Shown here: one piece after another, positions 31,301-32,313 of the stretch
Position numbering within the stretch: position 1 is the stretch's first letter
Layout of the letters: the number at the start of each line of letters is the position of its first letter
Assembly (NCBI GenBank): GCA_002317575.1
Contig: DCIH01000081.1
Coordinates: 1-32,313 of the forward strand
Direction: 5' to 3'
DNA length: 32,313 nt
Origin: Verrucomicrobia bacterium UBA1731
GTDB lineage: Bacteria > Verrucomicrobiota > Kiritimatiellia > RFP12 > UBA1067
The notes under the pieces: model-generated
What the model saw: only the letters and a program-made list of their open reading frames with translations
What the model was told of the DNA's origin: nothing
Database searches by the model: none
Translations under genes and position numbers: made by a program

Positions 31301-31780
31301 GACAATCGTCCGATCATCCGCAACTGGGGCACGATGGACAACTGCACGATCGTGAACAACAACATCTACCGCACGGGCAACTACGGCCAGCACATCCGCA
31401 ACGAAAGCGCCCTCGCGCAGTGCATCAACTGCGTGTTCGCCCACAACACGGTGGGCACGACGGAGGCCAACCGCGCGCTGACGCTCGCCTACAGCATGGG
31501 CGCGTCGACGAACCTCTGCAACGCGCTGGACTGCAACGCCGTATTCGGCAAGCAGCTCATCGAAATCGACGAGGACCGCTACCGCGACTACTTCCAGGAC
31601 GCGAACGGCGGCGACTTCCATTCGTCCGCGCGCAGCAAGATCAAGAACGGCGGCACGGCGGAGGCGGTCCCGCTTCCCGCCGGCGACTACGACGGCCGCA
31701 AGCGCTGGGTCGGCCAGAATCCCGACGTCGGCTGCTACGAAAGCATAACGCCCGACGGCCTGCTGCTCATTTTCAAGTAA
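13316..31780 (+). CDS. giant secreted mosaic lectin/adhesin-like protein with three C-terminal right-handed beta-helix modules (6154 aa)
   Basis: This is an uninterrupted 18.5-kb ORF with G/C-ending codons throughout. ATG 13316 is the first ATG downstream of the promoter candidate; the ORF-track GTG at 13214 lies upstream of it. The signal peptide is MIKTTGQLLSLYARVSARVVGLFSRARGSALALATLALALFAPTAARA/DQ (13316-13459). Modules recognised by motif are listed in the findings. Confidence 0.9.
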   Translation: MIKTTGQLLSLYARVSARVVGLFSRARGSALALATLALALFAPTAARADQYTYAATVMSSEWVKIQDNVTDITRVTPVSAITVGGALGVYTAYPYYVKVNGNQMTFQIQVETDWLKCMGMAFKVEGDKLYARQTYARYTTKTTAGTVDFDTASVSQGTIGTGGYGIQSITFDYVALVEAVPAEYQRLQYLKSSGTQYVDTGVAVKNTISVEAKILNVKNDASMHMVGARTAFQNQAIGLSFQIESGNQGYAAAYGTEVAYSMLGNDLVGGVSDGWHVFKIGATAKVDDATKHAFTAQTFSSDKNIYAFTVNNGGTPHAQMASISIAWLLIKDGESIERYLLPVRRLSDDELGFYDTVNDVWYPNAGTGVFEAGPAYVDLHTYPAEWIENTYDSYFVTDYCPGPDTRTDAKFIPYNGLGPVSEWTSSGQSVSSRYGTLWGTRPGTTDYRCYQISTYSTIADYASYRGGSGDTLQFDFHMTRGEVTEFRETDTEIVVNGVTVATGVTRSGATDVPIAIFAINNNGSIVQRGKYRLFHLRFWEKGKLVRSYVPYVKNDVVGLFEECTGTFLAPRGTGTVSSGPVAAYDDDALEVEAPASTSVGAPSPAYGRRQPLAQGDAFDCTFPAFETNGFRYVATGWTLYTNSAAGGMHAWKSGTGDTCAYVHPGRFAKLRWDVAIAAAPVASPVAPTNLYERIEYVESTGSQYVKSGYCAKMWTETRVGYQFLGAPVAYGNIVASRASNNSAYLYAAARVSNVTPTSHEHYYGNVNIARSYAAGQTTYHETVFNDPLHRLYEDGFYLGAWAHGSFSEAVPVELFIFARNTGSGVEQQAQARIHHLEFWEFGVPATAFIPVKRLSDGAVGFYDAAQGVFWGASGTGALIAGPHAETADGLRVSGTAGMPAVADLAPAAGDTWHHAPGEAIACTSFAAAAADGFLYACNGYVVYTNDLAGARHPWLAGSELSVAFAHPGSFTTVEWQWEKKAPGMPWSSASYVQDGLLAHWDGIENVAPFTHADATASWVDLVGGRAFALTAATVGDKGLTFAGNVSSFGYLSPADTAAVFDAPLEPTVELVYRYAGGTANGIPLMSSSKSGIALGVHNSGQNVILSNTRNGIAPYFTSGTAVRTVATHYSSRKAVAAWGDGAQFTSFNAENNWSYADTATWIGKRNYDNAPFKGDVMALRVYNRHLSAAEIVHNKLVDDYRFRGVSYADVVDVAGEPGRYGESSPDYGIHAGYASGAEVSASLTSGTVTAGDVTATCTGYVVYTNAPNTDAWTPWLSGSGTSVSFNHPGVAVRLVWQWRTSAAASLSFIGFSATNVASVTVSAHVGGWGDAATASLKAAWGFAPDALDFTTTLQETAVAGTDVRKTLQLPPGATCYVKLFLEDSDGGKTWVTTDPEVVTLPDAYAPLHPDAYSYVGSSTNLFHWDGIDNAGTGIHDSSSTIWKDLSGCGYDLQLTPRGSWRANAMAVDDYSARYLGGKGPLYQTIEAVFRTTSAPNNWGMIFTAERKHSSPHHVMTGNYGRYAWFSTASAAERALYLGDDIAVPHGVAATYNAISDSAAPDGFFLDGARVVEPPVLSTTFNNGDGYMAVGARKPNEGLYSFFGDVYAIRAWGGRLTDVELLANNRIDRIRFFGEEPADGLVVTGDPAVYGAAAPCAGRHYGLSEGASFICSAAASVSLAGGATATCQGWNLYTNVAGTADWALAASGAGATCAYVHGKTAAKLEWRYAVEGPAGVTFLGQTATNRTSAAFVTSVSGFGTGVTAADLAVAWGVTSGEYAVTSVVCSAVAGQVATNRYEGVPPGAAVAKLLLLDKTTGAVLAESAECRIAALDNAGALREPFVEVNGNAWFDTGHKPTVQSRVEIDYRFLQTYKQYRVFGVEAGTLFMTVYQNGSGFWAYAHQNNSGNGIATATYTDVKRHFLVYDMKNSVFSIDYGSTAYASPMTGTASQNANNTLYVCKGNGDSNPAAQMRVYDFRIYENDALVQHLVPREVDGEGVLWDVVANAAHKSITTVPASFGAENPGADALEVVGSPVDGGAVLPAYGAHLGIEIGDAFTCVAPKDAAGDVKYVCTGWEIWRHVADTFDDWTLEASGDGNVCTYVHGATAGRLVWKWSVKGPAGVSAAAATAVARTSATIPVSIAGFGYAADSADLYAAWGYSADVLAFTNRMMSSVTPATTPDVTLDGLAPGATVHVRFFLKDNLGNVTEAPAATSFTTSDFWWREEFAPMAKATGSQCFDTGIYPNRGTRVTFTQATTDKSADKMTFGERNYGFNFLVWFGKTAGTTVSPVIAGATTSVADYSSGKAPGERWTLDFGLLSGLWVDDVEFLSGFWFKANYDSAATSTGTLYLMGLHDKNNAGEARRYVGEFYRSKVYQDGALVRDYRPRLKDDGVTCGIYDAVANAWVATTGTFEWGGLKPLEDDSLVVAGFPGESSTPGPSYGRHSDLAEGDAFTCSAPAFVDGTRIGRVAGWKLYEAVPDETAWQLVAEGDGDAVDYAHGTESMKLEWQWRYWDEPGLTFNGVCETNGTSVRIDATVKGFGYDAETASLEIAWGYDAGTYLYTNVLAAVVYPGFVTNFLFDGLSPATEYHARLFLRDSVGGIVEMSNAAEIVFETENTGLSEEPRYVAALVGVNTLEYVTFNGSTYVTTGIIPSGHEIQFTYRTVYSTAFVNDAHVIGTDYSGSSYNYVHWTEWGSGATRVDQQHYCWGYDGSELNNYGTVVTNVIHVVDYNKKNGSTYETWLDGTRTTFSKLSKSYSVLNIGRRSSVTNWKGDMFEFAMIDHATGQDVLHYYPAKDPDGKVCFFDAVARKYVYPSAGTLVAGPESNPSAEFLSMVRVSGKPVEKRGTTTPGYGIFTGYAQGDKIENATAFYHVKDGVTGFPVGYTVYTNDVSGARVPWFAEDVSGDWAARLASHANLVFSTNHPGCATWIDWNWVYLGEKGLAFNDVVETNTANAMLDVNVTGWGYDAPRAQLKMAYGFRPDNLQYTNVLWDVAVPGTATNIFATGFIPGQHYYLRLFLEDSAGGIVDCGVTRELETSMDWEEVATEGATGDPGVNFGGFGVGFSGRSDDNYRFDDKYYPPNTNVELSVSKNIAAGTSVYAPGNQSVLVYWGSIYLKGGTYNFAAQYMDYLWLKIDDQVLMRSTDWANVQRASITRDPGWYKFEARFSHGSGNWGGSFGLRYNIGGSSTSSNKSDYPNDVADTGDGTFLRTGSGGFLEDCFLVAGAPSNYMSFAASPLPCYGRYATLAEGDGFVATSPHQFDDGRAFLTTIGWQIDRWSNAANAFALESEGDGTNTWYRHGTTAGKLTWIFLVSNHLEVAANVARRGDVAYKRAGETDWHVFPSDFNVLFATNEVVTIRAFPGKGTAGSQGYSFKKWSGELPSGVDRESAEIQIRMDVPRRITATFDAPYSIGATSKATFKIAGYTGSGALENFPVPVRLSEATMDGFDYSRAADGGEDLRFYDQWGEPLLFDVENWDAKGESVAWVSVPNMDNGVEITMMYGDGQSADDNDPTEVWSRADYKAVYHMNQEGKQQEDATGNDAMTATTTADVLLGAGMVGSAIYKTGTLTAPNIHANAGVNSKSYTVSGWYYWPDNSAGTQWTDPFSNGGWGSWSWYFEYNYSNYSLRFIRNANVTGYFNTLDSSKYWNHLCISYNGSRFDIYVNGVRNTTASQAWTSEPSATPLSISTFKGWVDETRVRNAVSSADWILAEYMFATNGARAVCTDVSAVGGGGETIYVGVNPTGLDIGGEGFTPDIGGCLDKPVSGTSYGFAAPTYWTSADGQLMGVRRGYVVRREDGWCQTNRTGSSTANRSFSEMEELQWQYDVFHGLVETNGDNVAFGFTASGFVPPEITATTGTVFALWGYTESALVNSNRLATVTTGAYHRCVLNGLEPEHAYVARVYFRLPDGSLQEDPHGLYRFCTTSPAFGGQPGLFQYRVNTSGNGIGTAVDWSQHKDDRVLAAFPVFKTYSWKSADGMKSYSWSGGGTWAWSGYMWFDKKTYTFGGAYDDYYYLKVNGTVMLNGGGSGLGTKQWDVPTAGWYPIELRVCDTGGGYGPWNWNWGVAWNMTGYKTQDSSNNWKPFQDTGDGTLLRTEPGLGGIEIVQENVEDGKLMSVDLQFGAIKTAGTLYALYSDVAGTEKTNTWRYVEKVGSLAKGATTFTASVTNLWGAADRRVLCFYYQTASELIGSENLYFRDYRAPYLTELEVGGRGGDTLNVTGRLKSYQGPTCELKIWVGETRENLNVCWAGFPGSRRTKARSFNFDLFEADVASDHYFRPGNTYFVCVEAIDTFGRTYRSKVLEVTMSAESAFASATLTEMNRRTAKWSVKMAELGASDLDTVSLWIGTEAATNEFGEADEAQFTQPMAAQSIFDNTSHEFAYTFPELEKDYFWQFRSANATQGGTTNWVIRTAPQVVSTKDTTTYTWRRSVREGRWDDPANWSANTSDAIGWPSSKSCSVNFDHGTEAIIHCPTNIYVDYIYFNSKHMKLTFDTKGRVPGDEPIEFYAPRIRFFDNKSDNTDYADEISFSDLKVWWSYDWDYHPVGWRLTFTDGAIFNYPHDGFRCYPTTKNAPYGWNQFEVLNGATANFNNYYFGGGARVLVSNATMVCRSQFLVSCWQGGGVVRFEGTNPVLKVGSNFRGDVDMSGNVALTNKWGGCEFNVPAGGYAEPPIQFTGTGNYLFGGSDADGKIAKPVQLWIDPLSPAAWTDETITSPLVTWSKGVNTNQVQLMTLPNAETDALLYSSPLQTAWTETNAWDAAYGVATGLAVRIVGDSRSGSVTVTAWPAEKAEGDGAFMPTSDANGRAYETFDDVLDGYVFKCPAAYEKTDERGTCAGWKWYAEDPFTHVRTLVSEGSGNNATYVQTNAWMILEWQWAVEYRVTVNIVGSGQVAGDAEQWVAHGASPDLVATESDTTAFYRWNARSGTLDLAQPDRMTTNLTCVVTGPLQLEAQFGKCIFVATNGNDSLNGLTLGNAKKTVLNAYNAAADGDSILVDAGDHNFYKSNNDNDILLMTKAVTIRSLSGDPASARLYNSARNRRVLIMRNASGRLKDITIRYGSTSANSQRGSCVCIDTQGGIVDNCIIRDGITGNWGASAGGISCYSGNGYIFNSVITNCTMNNYDQPYGTAVYMEKGLMRNCRITGCYTYNPSYGTYGTVYLTGSARMESTQLDHNQARDFAGVYVEGNSTATVDGCTFWENVVAGDTVNEYRDVFDGPESRFTNCKARKAFDENWTAIGGIVDESLPLSLMPTPSKIVQGQSIWFTPHYAPAEVKPIEAYQYVFGDGSTQSYPGPSDGVSLSGTTHTYTVPKIYSPKLNIRYTDQSVRTFELEKGITVFPTNMYVRNASFRLGSAVPEFPYNDPQYNSHTNIFELVDMAIDGCTIVVDGPKNGVAQIPLLDKTLHVQRAITIRGMDPADPGRTQIYRSKTSDNRLIRLDHPQARLEHLCISNAYCTQWGENNDGRGYTFTMQGYGGVVSNCVVKNNRTSQSRLACFANGAKSIITHTTFTNNIAEGAQIDGAVALMISGGAQADNCLFTGNIMASGTGTQTIPTVWVDNGWLVNCTIVNNTTRRLGGVYANGTYGRVVNCVILGNLAVARTEDYNDVDASQSAAYFNCVTSVDFPYNETCTKENPWNVFNDWDNGDLTPFPAGALHEKGTKTINQGTVVPYGKTDFAGNPRLVGKVPDIGCWECQNTNSFQIGFAVSDNVVAEGGELSFTPYVMGGKMTDTFEYWWDPTTYGFNDQLNNIIYTTEPTNVVWRYSGIGDKSPQLKVTKNRGKVDEETVTVKRQNLVYVTPECVYVDQNSRYPIYPYASWATAATNLEEAISIARTGAKVTLAEGTYDIKAPIEIKYGITVRGPTNDPAKAMIRMPGVTSKDYMLKMSNAKLVVSGLTLDAGAKNGKYNGCVLVDYGGGTISNCVLQNAWPNERWQSGFTWRNLSGYGLLTHSKVTNCAVLQNGATDGNMRSILSNESQSGRISNCLICDNNVRDNSNDNRPIIRNWGTMDNCTIVNNNIYRTGNYGQHIRNESALAQCINCVFAHNTVGTTEANRALTLAYSMGASTNLCNALDCNAVFGKQLIEIDEDRYRDYFQDANGGDFHSSARSKIKNGGTAEAVPLPAGDYDGRKRWVGQNPDVGCYESITPDGLLLIFK
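22466..22948 (+). other. PA14-like module 1 of the giant protein
   Basis: VYWGSIYLKGGTYNFAAQYMDYLWLKIDDQVLM...GWYKFEARFSHGSGNWGGSFGLRY follows the PA14 pattern (G-x-Y-x-F, D-D-x-x-x-L-x-I-[DN], G-W-Y-x-[IF]-E). It ends in DTGDGTFLRT. Confidence 0.6.
23567..24460 (+). other. DUF2341-like plus LamG-like pair in the giant protein
   Basis: LENFPVPVRLSE...DGGEDLRFYDQWGEPLLFDVENWDAKGESVAWVSVPNM...ITMMYGD resembles the DUF2341 signature. It is followed by a LamG-like segment: YTVSGWYYW...WNHLCISYNGSRFDIYVNG...GWVDETRVRNAVSSADWILAEY. Confidence 0.55.
25115..25600 (+). other. PA14-like module 2 of the giant protein
   Basis: WSGYMWFDKKTYTFGGAYDDYYYLKVNGTVML...GWYPIELRVCDTGGGYGPWNW fits the PA14 pattern. 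It ends in DTGDGTLLRT, the same terminal motif as module 1. Confidence 0.6.
28184..31744 (+). other. three consecutive right-handed parallel beta-helix (pectate-lyase-fold-like) modules separated by PKD-like linkers
   Basis: Each module opens with a short x-[IV]-[FY]-V motif (CIFVATNGND...AADGDSILVDAGDHNF; NMYVRNAS...AIDGCTIVVDG; CVYVDQNS...ARTGAKVTLAEGTYDI). Many N-C-x-[IVF] rungs follow, for example VDNCIIRDG, FNSVITNCT, VSNCVVKNN, LVNCTIVNN, ISNCVLQNA and MDNCTIVNN. Modules 2 and 3 end in DFAGNPRLVGKVPDIGCWEC and DYDGRKRWVGQNPDVGCYES. Confidence 0.65.
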
Positions 31781-31855
31781 TGCATTTGGTCGTGGATGGA
31801 AAAACCAGACACGCACCACAAAAGGCCAACATGCCAACCATCCCGTAATTTCAAG

Positions 31856-31881
31856 CGCGGGGCCCCTGCCCCGCGTGTTTT
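31856..31881 (+). terminator. rho-independent terminator 1 after the giant gene
   Basis: cgcggggc(ccct)gccccgcg is an 8-bp GC stem (31856-31863 and 31868-31875) followed by TGTTTT. It starts 76 nt after stop 31780. Confidence 0.7.
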
Positions 31882-31900
31882 GATGGCGGCGAGTCCTTTT

Positions 31901-31930
31901 CCCGCGCGTGCTTGCGCGGGTTTGATTTTG
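31901..31930 (+). terminator. rho-independent terminator 2, in tandem with terminator 1
   Basis: cccgcgc(gtgctt)gcgcggg (31901-31907 and 31914-31920) is followed by TTTGATTTTG. On the minus strand it is followed by an A-run, so it looks plus-strand-specific. Confidence 0.6.
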
Positions 31931-31947
31931 CAGAACCGCCGCCCGTT

Positions 31948-32259
31948 TCATTTCGCCGCCGTGATCGGCACGTTCACTTGCTGGGCGTTCGCCTGGACGA
32001 CGCCGTTCGTGTCGCCGCCCGCATGTGTGGCCGTTTGCGTGGAATGCGAAATCCATGCGACCGCCGGAATGCCCACGGCGAAGATTTCCGTGTGCTGTCC
32101 GCGCGTCGCGGGAACGAGGGACGAGCAACCGCTCGTGGTCGCCACCATTCCGCCGCCGAGCGCGCCGAGAAGCACCGGCTTCGCCGCCGCCCACAGGGCT
32201 TTCCCGAGTGCGCGCCAGTCGATGCGCGCAATCATGTTCTTGATGATTTCAGTGTTCAT
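31948..32259 (-). CDS. small hypothetical membrane protein or lipoprotein (103 aa), convergent with the giant gene
   Basis: The minus-strand ATG at 32259 is preceded by GAAAGGAAACAAC, the same SD-like AAAGGAAAC motif seen at 3072 and 9362. Codons are G/C-ending. Hydrophobic segments are AAAKPVLLGALGGGMVATTSGC and IFAVGIPAVAWI. The overlapping alternative ORFs are Arg/Pro-rich and lack an SD. Confidence 0.55.
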   Translation of the reverse strand: MNTEIIKNMIARIDWRALGKALWAAAKPVLLGALGGGMVATTSGCSSLVPATRGQHTEIFAVGIPAVAWISHSTQTATHAGGDTNGVVQANAQQVNVPITAAK

Positions 32260-32313
32260 GTTGTTTCCTTTCTGATTGAACGTTGAAGGGGTCGGGCGCG
32301 GGATGCGCCCGCG

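Noticed and set aside
13316-31780. The possibility that the giant gene is a diversity-generating-retroelement target or a contingency locus.
   Set aside because: I found no near-identical template/variable repeat pair with adenine-specific differences, no reverse transcriptase in the window, and no homopolymer or short tandem DNA repeats in the gene. The internal repeats are old and divergent at the DNA level. A genome-wide RT/TR search would be needed to exclude this fully.
32291-32311. The hairpin cgggcgc(gggat)gcgcccg at the right edge of the window.
   Set aside because: It lies upstream of the minus-strand gene, has no adjacent T- or A-tract, and the window ends here. It cannot be interpreted without the flanking sequence.

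Overview
This is a strongly GC-rich bacterial chromosomal segment with G/C-ending codons and short AT-rich intergenic spacers. I support 12 plus-strand CDS and 1 minus-strand CDS. I saw no rRNA, tRNA, CRISPR array, transposase, integrase or other mobile-element signature. From left to right: (i) a small lipoprotein plus a 341-aa unknown protein; (ii) a secreted CE7/AXE1-type acetyl esterase; (iii) a tightly packed operon at 3084-10075 encoding six exported proteins: a LamG-domain protein, an unknown protein, a TPR-like protein, a purple-acid-phosphatase-like metallophosphoesterase and two paralogous lipoproteins; (iv) a 958-aa FAD-dependent oxidoreductase with a duplicated partial Rossmann module, an in-frame 36-bp tandem repeat and HEAT-like C-terminal repeats, preceded by a 54-bp tandemly repeated palindromic element; (v) an 18.5-kb gene (13316-31780, 57% of the window) encoding a 6154-aa secreted mosaic protein; (vi) two tandem terminator hairpins and a small convergent minus-strand gene. 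The giant protein is built from about 40 divergent modules: jelly-roll/LamG units, a Cys/Trp-marked ~75-aa module present 10 times, Fn3-like units, 2 PA14-like units, a DUF2341-LamG unit, and 3 C-terminal right-handed beta-helix units separated by PKD-like linkers. It has no recognisable anchor or dedicated secretion partner in the window and is the main candidate for something undescribed. The protein repertoire suggests a PVC-group organism (Kiritimatiellota, Lentisphaerota or Verrucomicrobiota), but this is inference only. All domain names are assigned by eye from motifs; no database search was run.
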